Shown piece by piece: positions 47,458-58,380 of a stretch of DNA of 64,000 nt (within the stretch, counting starts at the first letter, position 1; each line of letters starts with the position of its first letter). Source of the stretch: Ignavibacteriota bacterium (GTDB taxonomy: Bacteria; Bacteroidota; Ignavibacteria; UBA10030; UBA6906); contig PMJR01000103.1 of assembly GCA_003158475.1 (NCBI GenBank), forward strand, positions 9,538 through 73,537. The letters are read 5' to 3'. The notes below the pieces were generated by a model. It searched no databases. It was not told where the DNA came from and worked only from the letters and a program-made list of their open reading frames with translations. Both the position numbers and the translations under genes were made by a program.

Positions 47458-48120
47458 ATGCAGAATGCATTGTTGAACATGTTCCCGCAGGCGGAACAGG
47501 AGAAGATCGCCGCGGCGGTGCGCGAGGCGGAGAAAGTGACGTCCGGCGAGATCGTTCCGTACGTCGTCGGGCAGAGCGATCACTACGAGACCGCCGAATG
47601 GCGGGGAGGGTTTCTCGGAGGGTTCATCGCGTTTGTTGCAATGACGTTTCTCCGGAACGCGGCCGGTGACTGGACGCGGTTCGACCCCGCCGGGATCGCG
47701 GCGGCAACGCTGCTCGCCGGCGGCGGGGCCATGCTGGCGATTCGTTTCCTTCCGGGGCTGAAGCGGCTGTTCGCCGGATCCCACTTGATAACCCGCCGTG
47801 TCGAACAACGCGCCGCCGAAGCCTTCATCAGCGAAGAAGTGTTTGCGACAGAGAGACGAACGGGGATACTCATTTTCCTGAGCATGATGGAGCGGAAGGT
47901 CCTCGTGATCGGCGATTCGGGCATCCACAGCAAGGTCGCGCAGAATGACTGGCAAGATACCATCAATCTCGTCGTGGAGGCGATACGGGCCGGGAAGCCG
48001 GCCGACGGACTCGTCGAAGCGATCCGGCGGTGCGGGACGCTGCTTGCCAACCACGGGGTGGAACGTGCAGCGGAAGACAGGGACGAGCTTTCCGACAATC
48101 TCCGCGTGAGGAAAGAGTGA
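47458..48120 (+). CDS. TPM-domain membrane protein (COG3762-like)
   Basis: Motifs EAEKVTSGEIVPYVV and TGILIFLSMMERKVLVIGD, separated by a two-helix hydrophobic insert. Confidence 0.7.
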   Translation: MQNALLNMFPQAEQEKIAAAVREAEKVTSGEIVPYVVGQSDHYETAEWRGGFLGGFIAFVAMTFLRNAAGDWTRFDPAGIAAATLLAGGGAMLAIRFLPGLKRLFAGSHLITRRVEQRAAEAFISEEVFATERRTGILIFLSMMERKVLVIGDSGIHSKVAQNDWQDTINLVVEAIRAGKPADGLVEAIRRCGTLLANHGVERAAEDRDELSDNLRVRKE

Positions 48121-49058
48121 TGGACCGCCCCGGCCGGATTCTTCTCCTGTGTCTCGCTTCGCTTTTCATGGCGGCCGCGGCGCACGGCGATGCGGATGTT
48201 CCCCTCCTCAGCGGGCGTGTCACCGACAACGCCGGGATACTCTCCGCGGAGACCATCAGCGCGCTCACCGCGCTCCTCAGGCGGCACGAGGACTCTACGT
48301 CGAACCAGGTCGCCATCCTCACGATCGCCTCGCTCGAAGGGGAGGTCATCGAGTCCTATGCCATCCGCGTGGTGGAGACATGGAAGCTCGGACGGAAGGA
48401 GAATGACAACGGCGTCCTTCTCCTCGTGGTCCGCGACGACAGGAAGGTCCGCATCGAGGTCGGGCGGGGGCTCGAAGGGAGCCTCCCCGACATCACCTGT
48501 GGACGCATTATCCGGAATGTGATGGTCCCCCGGTTCAGAGACGGGGATTATGACGGCGGCGTGAGCGCCGGTGTTGATGCCATACTTGCGTCCCTCCGGG
48601 GATCCTACGCCCCTCCCGCGGAGGAGGCGTCGGCGGACGTCGGCACGAAACTCCTGGCAGGGGGAATCTTCGCAGTCGTCGTCGGTCTCTTCACGCTGAT
48701 CGTGCTCTTCGCCCGAGGCGCGCAGTCGTGGTTCCTCTATCTGTTCCTTCTCCCGTTCTGGCTCGTGTTCCCCCTGGCAATACTCGGCGTCGCCGGAGGC
48801 GTGATCGCCTTTGGCTGCTATGCTCTCTTGGTCCCGCTTTTCAGGTTCTGGTGGTCGAAGACCGCCGGGGGGAGGTCTCTGCACACCAGGGTATCCGCCA
48901 TCCCGTTTTTCGCCGCACTCTCCCGAGGGGTATCCTCTTCAGGAGGGGGCTCATCCTGGTCTTCGTCTTCCGGGGGCGGTTCCTCCGGTTCTTCCGGGGA
49001 CAGCTTCTCGGGAGGGGGCGGGGGATTCTCCGGGGGTGGAGCATCCGGAAGCTGGTAG
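48120..49058 (+). CDS. TPM-domain protein (YgcG-like) with TM segments and Gly/Ser-rich tail
   Basis: Start moved to ATG 48120, overlapping the previous TGA. Signal peptide present. Motifs VTDNAGILS, NQVAILTI and GVLLLVVRDDRKVRIEVG. The C-terminus runs SSSGGGSS...GGGASGSW. Confidence 0.75.
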   Translation: MDRPGRILLLCLASLFMAAAAHGDADVPLLSGRVTDNAGILSAETISALTALLRRHEDSTSNQVAILTIASLEGEVIESYAIRVVETWKLGRKENDNGVLLLVVRDDRKVRIEVGRGLEGSLPDITCGRIIRNVMVPRFRDGDYDGGVSAGVDAILASLRGSYAPPAEEASADVGTKLLAGGIFAVVVGLFTLIVLFARGAQSWFLYLFLLPFWLVFPLAILGVAGGVIAFGCYALLVPLFRFWWSKTAGGRSLHTRVSAIPFFAALSRGVSSSGGGSSWSSSSGGGSSGSSGDSFSGGGGGFSGGGASGSW

Positions 49059-49094
49059 TCCCCGACATATGAAAATGAAACGCCGGATTTTCCG

Positions 49095-49541
49095 TTGATC
49101 ATCGACCGCCTCGACGAAGCGCGCCGTTATGTCCCGCTTCATCCGTTGTTTGCCCGGGCCTTTGAGACGCTCGCGAAGCCGGATCTCCCGTCGCTCCCGC
49201 CGGGGAAGCACCTGATCGACGGGGACCGGCTGTACCTGGTGATCGCTCTCGACGAGGGGGTGGGCACTGAACGGGCGGTTCTCGAAGCGCACCGGAAGTA
49301 CATCGACATACAATTCGTCATCGAAGGGGCCGACATGATCGGTTGGAGGCCCGTCAAGGAGTGTGCGCAGGTGAATCAGCCGTACGACGCATCGAAAGAC
49401 GTTGAACTGTACGGCGGGAAGCCCTTTTCGTGGAGCCATGTCGCGGGATCGGGATTTGCCGTCTATTTTCCCGGCGACGCGCATGCTCCCCTGGGGGGAA
49501 CGGGACGACTCCGCAGGGCGATCGTGAAAGTCGGAATCTGA
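49095..49541 (+). CDS. YhcH/YjgK/YiaL (DUF386) family protein
   Basis: TTG start. Motifs G.H.IDGD.LY, HRKYIDIQFV and FAVYFPGDAH. Confidence 0.7.
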   Translation: MIIDRLDEARRYVPLHPLFARAFETLAKPDLPSLPPGKHLIDGDRLYLVIALDEGVGTERAVLEAHRKYIDIQFVIEGADMIGWRPVKECAQVNQPYDASKDVELYGGKPFSWSHVAGSGFAVYFPGDAHAPLGGTGRLRRAIVKVGI

Positions 49542-49555
49542 GGGGGCCCTTCCGG

Positions 49556-50860
49556 ATGGTGCATTCGCATATGTTCAGCCGCGACGCTGTGCCCGGCGGG
49601 GAACAGCACCTCTCCACGCGCGTCTGGGTCGCGCTTGTGCTGGTGCTCACCACGATCGGTGCCATCGTTGCTCCGCTCCGCATCGTGCTGGGCGACGACC
49701 TGATTCCCCATACCGTTCTCCTGGACGCTCTCCTGACACTCCTGTTCACCGCGGACATTGCGGTCAACGCGGGTGAATCGAAAAGGACCGGACTCCCGTA
49801 CGGACGGTTCCTCCTGGTTGCCGATTGCGTCGCGGCGATCCCGCTCTTCCTCATACCCGGGTTCTCCTGGCTCCTGTGCCTGCGTCTCTTCAAGCTGGCC
49901 CGTGTCGCACGGGCCATGGGTGCCTGGAGGCAGCAGCACCTGCACCGCTGGAATGCCCTGCGGCTTGTTTACTTCGTCTACTGGCTCGCCATTGCCGTCC
50001 ACTGGCTCGCCACGGGGTGGCTCTCGCTCCGCGGCATTTACCCGGGCGGCGACAGGTGGACGCTCTATCTCCACTCTCTCTACTGGTGCATTTCCACGAT
50101 CACGACGATCGGCTACGGCGATATCACGCCCGCAAACAACGCCCAGATCGTCTACGCGATCGTCGTGATGATATTCGGCGTGGGAATGTACGGCTACGTC
50201 ATCGCCAACATCTCGACAATCATAGGGAATCTGCAGCCGGCGCGGACCCGCTACCTCGCAAACATGGAGAAACTCGGGGCGTTCATGCGGTCAAGGGAAA
50301 TCCCCCCGGCCATGCAGCGGAGGATCAGGGACTACTACGGTTATGTGTGGGAGCACAGGCTGGGATACGACGAGACGTCGATCGTGCAGGGTCTCCCGCC
50401 GGGGCTCCTGGTGGAGGTTTCCCTTTTCCTGAAGCGTGACATCATCCAGAAGGTCCCGTTCTTCAAAGAGGCCGGCGAGGAACTGATCAGGGAGATCGCG
50501 CTTGTCATGCAGCCTGTCGTGTACACGCCGGGGGATACCGTCTTCCACGCGGGAGAACCCGGTGACGACATGTTCTTCATCAGCCGCGGACAGTGCGAGG
50601 TGATCGGGACCGACGGCCGCACAGTCGTCGCGACGCTCCGCGGGGGGGACTTCTTCGGGGAAATCGCGCTCCTGGAACACCGTCCCCGTTCCGCTTCCGT
50701 GCGCGCCGCGACCTACTGCGACCTGTACAGACTCGACAAGGAGAGTTTTGAGCGCGTGATCGCGAAATTTCCAGAGTTCGCGGCCCATATCGGTGCGAAG
50801 AGCGCCGGACGGCGGGAGGGGACCGGCGGTCCGGGCCCGCGCCGACCGGCGTCGCGTTGA
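49556..50860 (+). CDS. Cyclic-nucleotide-binding-domain potassium channel
   Basis: Start moved to ATG 49556. K+ selectivity filter TTIGYGD. The C-terminal cNMP-binding domain has [10 protein letters not shown] and RSASVRA. Confidence 0.85.
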   Translation: MVHSHMFSRDAVPGGEQHLSTRVWVALVLVLTTIGAIVAPLRIVLGDDLIPHTVLLDALLTLLFTADIAVNAGESKRTGLPYGRFLLVADCVAAIPLFLIPGFSWLLCLRLFKLARVARAMGAWRQQHLHRWNALRLVYFVYWLAIAVHWLATGWLSLRGIYPGGDRWTLYLHSLYWCISTITTIGYGDITPANNAQIVYAIVVMIFGVGMYGYVIANISTIIGNLQPARTRYLANMEKLGAFMRSREIPPAMQRRIRDYYGYVWEHRLGYDETSIVQGLPPGLLVEVSLFLKRDIIQKVPFFKEAGEELIREIALVMQPVVYTPGDTVFHAGEPGDDMFFISRGQCEVIGTDGRTVVATLRGGDFFGEIALLEHRPRSASVRAATYCDLYRLDKESFERVIAKFPEFAAHIGAKSAGRREGTGGPGPRRPASR

Positions 50861-50909
50861 TGCACCAAGACCATTGCCGCATTCACACACAGCAACGACG
50901 GAGAGCACG

Positions 50910-52433
<1,524 letters not shown>

Positions 52434-52457
52434 AAGAACTCATCAATGTGAAGTCCG

Positions 52458-53198
52458 GTGAACGCACCTTTGGAAACGATCAGCGTCATCGTTCCGACAC
52501 TCAATGAAGAGAAGCTCCTCGAGCGGATGTTGCGGCAATTCACCCCCCCTCTCGTGGACCGCTTTCGCATCGAACTCGTTGTAAGCGACGGGGGGAGCGT
52601 GGACCGCACGCTTGAGATTGCAGGGGAGCACGCCCAGACCGTCGTCACCAACGGCGACGGGATCAAGCAGACGATTGCGATGGGAAGGAACCTCGGGGCC
52701 CGCAGGGCGAAGGGTTCGGTACTCATCTTCCTGAACGCCGACACGCTGATAGGAGATCCGGAGTCGTTTTTTGCCACCGTCGCCGCCGAGATCGACAGGC
52801 CGGGACTTGCGGCGCTTACCTGCAGGGTTGAGGTCTACCCGGACGAACGGCGGCCGCTCGACCGGGCATTTCATGGATTTTACAACTGGTTTTTCGCCGC
52901 GATGAACAGGGCGGGTATGGGGATGGGGAGGGGGGAGTGCCACATCATGAAACGGGAGGTCTTCGAGAGCGTGAGCGGTTACTCGGACGGGATCGCGGCC
53001 GGGGAGGATTACGACATGTTCCGGCGCCTTGATCGCGTGGGGCGGATAAAGTTCCTGGAAAATGTCGTGGTCTATGAGTCCCCGAGACGCTACAGGAGGT
53101 ACGGGTACTTCTATGTGACGGTCTCCTGGTTCATCAATTTCCTTGCTGTCTTCTTTCTGAGAAGGTCGATTCTGAGCGAATGGAAGCCCGTCCGCTAG
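52458..53198 (+). CDS. Family 2 glycosyltransferase
   Basis: Motifs VIVPTLNEE, VSDGGSVD, FLNADT and GEDYD. Confidence 0.8.
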   Translation: MNAPLETISVIVPTLNEEKLLERMLRQFTPPLVDRFRIELVVSDGGSVDRTLEIAGEHAQTVVTNGDGIKQTIAMGRNLGARRAKGSVLIFLNADTLIGDPESFFATVAAEIDRPGLAALTCRVEVYPDERRPLDRAFHGFYNWFFAAMNRAGMGMGRGECHIMKREVFESVSGYSDGIAAGEDYDMFRRLDRVGRIKFLENVVVYESPRRYRRYGYFYVTVSWFINFLAVFFLRRSILSEWKPVR

Positions 53199-53244
53199 AA
53201 CGAAACGGCGTCCCGTGACGGACGACAACCGGAGGGAACCATGT

Positions 53245-53273
53245 TTGACTTTCAGACTGTTATTAGATACACT
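53245..53273 (+). promoter_or_regulatory. sigma70-type promoter candidate (TTGACT-N17-TACACT)
   Basis: It lies inside the ORF-track extension 53241-53309. This supports ATG 53310 as the real ctpA start. Confidence 0.5.
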
Positions 53274-53309
53274 ACCTCGCACTTCAGGCACTTTAAAGGA
53301 AAGGTTTTC

Positions 53310-54926
53310 ATGCAGAAACGATTCTCGGCCGGAACAGTGATCCTCCTCGTCGTCGTGAGCGTCATCGCCGGATCGATGCTCAACCAGCTGATCTCAGGGG
53401 ATACCATCTACGATCAGCTCCACAAATTCGGCGACGTCCTGAACTACACGGAGAAATACTACGTGGAGGATGTCGACACCGGGAAGCTGACCGAGGCCGC
53501 GATAAACGGGCTCCTGAACCAGCTTGATCCCCACTCGGTGTATATCCCGGTGACGGAGCTGCAGAAGGTGACCGACGATATGCAGGGGAGCTTTGAAGGG
53601 ATCGGGATCGAGTATCAGGTCCTGGCCGACACGCTCCTTGTGGTGGCACCCATCACGGGCGGACCGAGCGAAGCGCTCGGTATCCAGGGGGGGGACAAAA
53701 TCGTCCGGATCAATGACAGCTCGGCGGTCGGCATAACACAGGAGGGTGTGCAGAAAAAGCTCCGCGGTCCGAAGGGGAGCAGGGTGAAAGTCTCCATCGT
53801 CCGATCGGGGATCGGCGGGCTGCTCGACTTCGAGATCACGCGGGACAAGATCCCGATCTACACCGTCGATGCCTCGTTCATGATCGACGGCCAGACCGGG
53901 TATGTGAGCGTCAACCGCTTCGCGGCGAAGACGCATGATGAGTATCTGGCTGCGCTGACGAAGCTTTCCGGGGATGGGATGAAGCGCCTGGTCCTCGATC
54001 TCCGTTCAAATCCCGGCGGCTACCTCGAACAGGCGTACAAGCTCGTCGATGAGATGATGCCGCGGGGGCGCAAGATCGTCTTCACCAAGGGGCGAAGACC
54101 GGAATTCGACGATGAGTACGTCTCTTCCGGGGCCGGCAAATTCAAGGACGTGACGCTGATCATTCTCGTCAACGCGAGTTCCGCTTCGGCCAGCGAGATC
54201 GTCGCAGGCGCGGTGCAGGACTGGGACAGGGGATTGATCATCGGCGAGACGACGTTTGGCAAGGGCCTCGTGCAGCGCCAGTTCGATCTGAAGGACGGCT
54301 CCGCGTTCCGGCTGACCACGGCCCGCTATTACACGCCGAGCGGCAGGCTCATCCAGCGCCCCTACGATCACGACAAGGTCAAATACGCCCGTGCGGCGTA
54401 CGAGCGGCAGGAGACAGAGGGGGAGAACGTCTCCCACTCGGAGGAACGGGATTCGACGCGCCCGACGTATAAGACCATGGGGGGACGCATCGTGTACGGG
54501 GGGGGCGGGATCACACCGGACTATATCGTGAAGTCCGACCACCTGACGGAATATACGGTCCAGCTCCGCAGCCGCAATGTCTTCCTCCAGTTTGCCGACA
54601 AGTACCTGGACAGGCACGGGGCGGAACTGAAATCCCGTTACGGAAAGAATACGGCGAAATTCGCCGAGGAGTTCGAGGTGACGGGCGCAATGCTCGCGGA
54701 AGTCCAGTCGCTGGGAAAAACAGCAGGCGCGACATTCAAGCAGGAGGAATTCGACAAGGACCTCCGCTACATCAAGGCGTTCACCAGGGCATTTATCGCG
54801 CGCAGCCTCTGGGGGAACGAGGGCTCGTCCCGCGTCATGCTTCGTGAGGACGGCCAGTTCCGGAAGGCGCTGGAACTCTTCCCTGAAACCGAACGCATAC
54901 TGAGCAACCTCTCGAGCCTCAGATGA
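53310..54926 (+). CDS. ctpA: C-terminal processing (S41, tail-specific) peptidase with PDZ domain
   Basis: AAAGGAAAGG lies upstream of ATG 53310. Membrane anchor present. Motifs FEGIGIE and PDZ GDKIVRIND, DLRSNPGG, SASASE and TFGKG. Confidence 0.85.
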   Translation: MQKRFSAGTVILLVVVSVIAGSMLNQLISGDTIYDQLHKFGDVLNYTEKYYVEDVDTGKLTEAAINGLLNQLDPHSVYIPVTELQKVTDDMQGSFEGIGIEYQVLADTLLVVAPITGGPSEALGIQGGDKIVRINDSSAVGITQEGVQKKLRGPKGSRVKVSIVRSGIGGLLDFEITRDKIPIYTVDASFMIDGQTGYVSVNRFAAKTHDEYLAALTKLSGDGMKRLVLDLRSNPGGYLEQAYKLVDEMMPRGRKIVFTKGRRPEFDDEYVSSGAGKFKDVTLIILVNASSASASEIVAGAVQDWDRGLIIGETTFGKGLVQRQFDLKDGSAFRLTTARYYTPSGRLIQRPYDHDKVKYARAAYERQETEGENVSHSEERDSTRPTYKTMGGRIVYGGGGITPDYIVKSDHLTEYTVQLRSRNVFLQFADKYLDRHGAELKSRYGKNTAKFAEEFEVTGAMLAEVQSLGKTAGATFKQEEFDKDLRYIKAFTRAFIARSLWGNEGSSRVMLREDGQFRKALELFPETERILSNLSSLR

Positions 54927-55777
54927 CGGGACACCTCTTTTCCATGCCCGGGCGGCGGATCGCCGGTCGTACGCGGGTGGTGGCGGTCGCGGTTCTCGTC
55001 GGCGTCGGCGCGCTGGTTTCCCGCGGGACGGGACGGGCGCAGGGACAGCCGTCCCCGCCCGACAGGGTGTTCGTCGAGGGTGAGGAGCTCGTCTACAATG
55101 TGCGGTACGGTTTCATCGATCTCGGGCAGGTGCGGATCAAGATCGTCGGGACCGCGCGCGGGAATTCCTCCCTGGCCTACGAGGGGAAAGCGCTCATCGA
55201 CTCCTATCCCAAGGTCCCCTTCGTGGACCTTCACGCCGTCTACGAAAGCCTGATCGACAGCGGGATGTTCTCCCGCAGGTTCCTCGGCAGGCAGAAGAAC
55301 GAAGGCAACTGGGATCTCGCCCGGTACAAGTTCGAGTATCCGAACAAGCGGGTCCTCATCGAGGTGGGGACGCGCGACTCCGTGATCGTCAAGCGGGACA
55401 CGCTCGTGATCGATACGCCGTATCACGACGGGCTGTCCCTCTTCTTCTATGCACGCGCGAAGATCTTCTCGGGCCTGAAGGTCAATGTCCCCACGATTAT
55501 CAAGGAACAGCGGGTCAACACGTACATCGACTTCAAGAACGAGCATACCTCGGTCGATCTCGATGCAGTGGATTACCCGGTGGACGTCGTGCGATTTGAC
55601 GGGAACATGGATTTCGTGGGGATCTTCGGTCTCACCGGCGGGTTCGAAGGGTGGTTTTCCAATGACGAGGCCCGTGTGCCGATCCAGGCGAAAATGAAGG
55701 TCCTGATCGGGAGCGTCACGATGGAGCTGATGAAGTGGACCCGTCCGGGTTGGAATCCCCCGCGGGCGAAGGGGTAG
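54923..55777 (+). CDS. DUF3108-like exported protein
   Basis: ATGA overlap with ctpA. N-terminal hydrophobic signal. Beta-rich sequence with the YNVRYGFIDLG pattern I associate with DUF3108. Low-certainty family call. Confidence 0.5.
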   Translation: MTGHLFSMPGRRIAGRTRVVAVAVLVGVGALVSRGTGRAQGQPSPPDRVFVEGEELVYNVRYGFIDLGQVRIKIVGTARGNSSLAYEGKALIDSYPKVPFVDLHAVYESLIDSGMFSRRFLGRQKNEGNWDLARYKFEYPNKRVLIEVGTRDSVIVKRDTLVIDTPYHDGLSLFFYARAKIFSGLKVNVPTIIKEQRVNTYIDFKNEHTSVDLDAVDYPVDVVRFDGNMDFVGIFGLTGGFEGWFSNDEARVPIQAKMKVLIGSVTMELMKWTRPGWNPPRAKG

Positions 55778-55780
55778 CGC

Positions 55781-56311
55781 GTGGGACTGGTCGTCCATCA
55801 CGGCGTGGCGCCGTTCGTGCACCCGAGTGTGTTCGTTGCCGGGGGGGCATGGCTGATCGGGGATGTCCGCGTGGAGGAGGAGGCGAGCATCTGGTACAAT
55901 GCCGTCCTGCGGGGGGACATCAATGCCATCCGCGTCGGACGCCGTTCGAACATACAGGACGGGTGTGTCCTCCATGTCACGGCGAAACTCTCCGTTGAGA
56001 TCGAGGAGGAAGTAACGGTGGGGCATATGGCCATGATCCACGGATGCCGGATCGGCAGGTGCTCTCTGATCGGGATGAACGCGGTGGTTCTCGACAACGC
56101 GGAGGTGGGGGAGTGCGCACTTGTCGCGGCCGGGGCGGTGGTGAAGGAAAATTTCGTGGTGCCTGCCGGGACACTCGCGGCGGGTGTCCCGGCGAGAGTT
56201 GTGCGTGATCTGAGCGGGGAGGAACGGCGGGCGATCGCGCAGTCGGCGGCCAACTACGTCGCGTACGCTGCAAGCTCTATTACCCACGTCGGATTCGGAG
56301 CAAGCGCATGA
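55781..56311 (+). CDS. Gamma-carbonic-anhydrase-like hexapeptide-repeat protein (YrdA/PaaY family)
   Basis: Motifs ASIWYNAVLRGD, IGRRSNIQDGCVLH, VGHMAMIHGC and IGMNAVVLD. Confidence 0.8.
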   Translation: MGLVVHHGVAPFVHPSVFVAGGAWLIGDVRVEEEASIWYNAVLRGDINAIRVGRRSNIQDGCVLHVTAKLSVEIEEEVTVGHMAMIHGCRIGRCSLIGMNAVVLDNAEVGECALVAAGAVVKENFVVPAGTLAAGVPARVVRDLSGEERRAIAQSAANYVAYAASSITHVGFGASA

Positions 56312-57204
56312 AGGTCAAATTCTGGGGAACGCGCGGTTCCCTTCCCACGCCGGGCAAAGAGACCGTCCGCTACGGCGGGAACACCCCGTGCGTCGAGGTG
56401 CGGCTTCACAAGAACAACCTCGTCGTGTTCGACGCCGGAACGGGGATCCGGGGGCTCGGTGATGAGCTGATGGCCACGGGGGAATCAATCAAAGCGTTCC
56501 TCGCCATCAGCCATCCGCACTGGGATCACATCCATGGCTTCCCTTTTTTCAAGCCCCTCTATATCTCGGGGAACGAATTCACGATCATCGGAGCGCAGAC
56601 CCGGAATCTCCGGCTCCGCCAGATGATCTCCGATCAGATGAACAAAGTCTACTTCCCCATCCAGCTCAACGAGCTTAAAGCGAAGATCAGGTTCCACCCG
56701 GTCCGGGAAGAGACAATACCGATTTTCGAGGCGACGCTTTCTTCCATCTATGTCAACCACCCCGCGTTCGCGCTCGGATACCGGCTGAACGTGGGAGGGA
56801 AATCCCTCGTCTACATCAGCGACAACGAGCCGTTCGACAGGGAGGTGGCGCGGTCGGTCAAGAACGTGGACAAGAACATCGTGGAGAAGTATCTTGCGGT
56901 GAAGGGGGATCCGAACCAGCGCATATTCGATTTTGCCCGCGGCGCCGACATCCTCATCCACGATACGACGTATACCCCGGAGGAGTATGTCAATCATGTC
57001 GGGTGGGGGCATTCGCATTACCTCTTCTCGCTCAAGATCGCCGACGAAGCGGGGGTCAAGCGCCTTGTCCTCTTCCATCACGAACAGTCGCACAATGACG
57101 ACAAGGTGGACGAGATTTTGAGCAAGTGCCTGGGGGAGATCCGGAACCGGAACTACAGGTTCGAATGCCTCGCGGCCGCGGAAGGAATGGAGCTGGAATG
57201 GTGA
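56308..57204 (+). CDS. MBL-fold metallo-hydrolase
   Basis: ATGA overlap with the upstream gene. Motifs ISHPHWDHIHG and ...HDTTY...GWGHS. Confidence 0.8.
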   Translation: MKVKFWGTRGSLPTPGKETVRYGGNTPCVEVRLHKNNLVVFDAGTGIRGLGDELMATGESIKAFLAISHPHWDHIHGFPFFKPLYISGNEFTIIGAQTRNLRLRQMISDQMNKVYFPIQLNELKAKIRFHPVREETIPIFEATLSSIYVNHPAFALGYRLNVGGKSLVYISDNEPFDREVARSVKNVDKNIVEKYLAVKGDPNQRIFDFARGADILIHDTTYTPEEYVNHVGWGHSHYLFSLKIADEAGVKRLVLFHHEQSHNDDKVDEILSKCLGEIRNRNYRFECLAAAEGMELEW

Positions 57205-57208
57205 GAGC

Positions 57209-57237
57209 TTGACAATCGATCCCGTGCTGGCTATATT
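57209..57237 (+). promoter_or_regulatory. sigma70-type promoter candidate (TTGACA-N17-TATATT)
   Basis: TTGACA at 57209-57214 and TATATT at 57232-57237, starting 5 nt after the MBL stop. Confidence 0.55.
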
Positions 57238-57242
57238 CTTCC

Positions 57243-57436
57243 ATGAGGAGTTCCGGTTGAGTTTGCACGAATGGATGGGTAACGAGGTCATAGGTCCGGC
57301 GGCGCATGGGGACGCCGCACGTTTCCTGGATCAGCGAGCCCCGGTCGGTGGATCTCCGCGAGAAGCGGGCAGCCAGCCGGGGCTTTCGTGTACCCTGCTC
57401 AGCATACCGATCACACGATATTCCTGAGGCCCCGGC
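57243..57436 (+). promoter_or_regulatory. ~190-nt structured 5' leader or candidate small RNA with a terminator-like hairpin
   Basis: Hairpin A is 57299-57304/57313-57318 (GCGGCG/CGCCGC). Hairpin B has an outer 8-bp stem AGCCCCGG (57337-57344) / CCGGGGCT (57377-57384), an inner CCGC-GAGAA-GCGG, and is followed by TTTCGTG. I could not match it to any Rfam family by eye. Confidence 0.3.
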
Positions 57437-57943
57437 ATGGCAACAGTGTTTTCACCGTCTGCTATCAAACGTCTGGAATCACTTTTCGGCGTTGCGGCGA
57501 AGAGCATGGGGACGAACTACCGGTTCGAGATCGCCGCGCAGGAATCCGGCGGCAGCGTCCGCAAGCTCGCTCTTGAGATCTACCCCGACATCCGGATAGG
57601 GCGGAAAAAGGGGAACCTGGTCTCCGTGTACACGGAGGCCGCGCACCTGCAGATGCACTTCTGCTCCGGATTTGTCATCAGCGAGGACCTCGGGGAGGCG
57701 ACGTTCGTCGGGGAGGACCGGGGAAAGCTCTCGGGATTGATCGTCGAGCGGACGGCCGGGTGCACGCTCTTCGCGAATGTGGACCGGGCGATCCTCTCGG
57801 GGGATTTCACCCAGCTTGCGCCGGAGGTCATGATGTCCGGCGTGGCGCTTTCCCTCACCGAGCCGGTCCTGGAAGCGGAGAAAAAGACGCCGCGGAGGCG
57901 GCGCACCGGGGCGCGGCGGACAAAGGCCGCCGCCCGCCCGTGA
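57437..57943 (+). CDS. Hypothetical protein with Arg/Lys-rich C-terminal tail
   Basis: 168 aa with GAGG 7 nt upstream of the ATG. The tail is ...KKTPRRRRTGARRTKAAARP. The stop overlaps the ybeY GTG (GTGA). No recognisable domain. Confidence 0.55.
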   Translation: MATVFSPSAIKRLESLFGVAAKSMGTNYRFEIAAQESGGSVRKLALEIYPDIRIGRKKGNLVSVYTEAAHLQMHFCSGFVISEDLGEATFVGEDRGKLSGLIVERTAGCTLFANVDRAILSGDFTQLAPEVMMSGVALSLTEPVLEAEKKTPRRRRTGARRTKAAARP

Positions 57944-58380
57944 TCGATGTCGCGGTATTCAACGCGCACCCTGCGCACAGGATCCGGCGGGCCGGGGTGG
58001 TCGCTGCGGTCCGGCATGTCGCGAAGGGTGAACGGCGGCGGCAGGCCGCGGTGAGCGTGGTGTTCGTCGGCAACCGGACGTCCGCCCGCATGAACAGGCG
58101 GTTTCTGGGGCACGAAGGCGGGACGGACGTCATCACGTTCCCCCTGGGGGAAGGGCGTCTCATCGAGGGGGAAGTGTACGTCAACCTTGACAGGGCCCGC
58201 GCACAGGCACGGGAATACGGGGTCAGGTTCGCAGATGAGGTGTGCCGTCTCGTCGTCCACGGAACGCTCCACCTCTTCGGCTATGATGACGGGACCGTGG
58301 CGCTCGAGCGCCGCATGAAACGGCATGAGGACCGCTACGTCGGCGTCCTTACCGGCGAAAGGGGACACGGGAGGATATGA
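57940..58380 (+). CDS. ybeY: rRNA maturation endoribonuclease YbeY
   Basis: Start set at GTG 57940. Motifs TDVITFPL and the zinc motif HGTLHLFGYDD. Confidence 0.9.
   Translation: MIDVAVFNAHPAHRIRRAGVVAAVRHVAKGERRRQAAVSVVFVGNRTSARMNRRFLGHEGGTDVITFPLGEGRLIEGEVYVNLDRARAQAREYGVRFADEVCRLVVHGTLHLFGYDDGTVALERRMKRHEDRYVGVLTGERGHGRI

Noticed and set aside
48900-49058. Gly/Ser-rich repetitive coding stretch as a DNA tandem repeat.
   Set aside because: It is a degenerate low-complexity C-terminal tail typical of YgcG/TPM proteins. There is no exact nucleotide repeat unit.
57243-57436. Identification of the structured leader as SRP (4.5S) RNA, 6S RNA, guanidine (ykkC-type), ZTP or fluoride riboswitch.
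   Set aside because: AGGTCCGG and ACGAGGT strings gave superficial resemblance. The diagnostic elements are absent: the SRP GGAA tetraloop and symmetric loop, the 6S closing stem and central bubble, and the ykkC-III pseudoknot pairing. It is kept only as an unclassified candidate.
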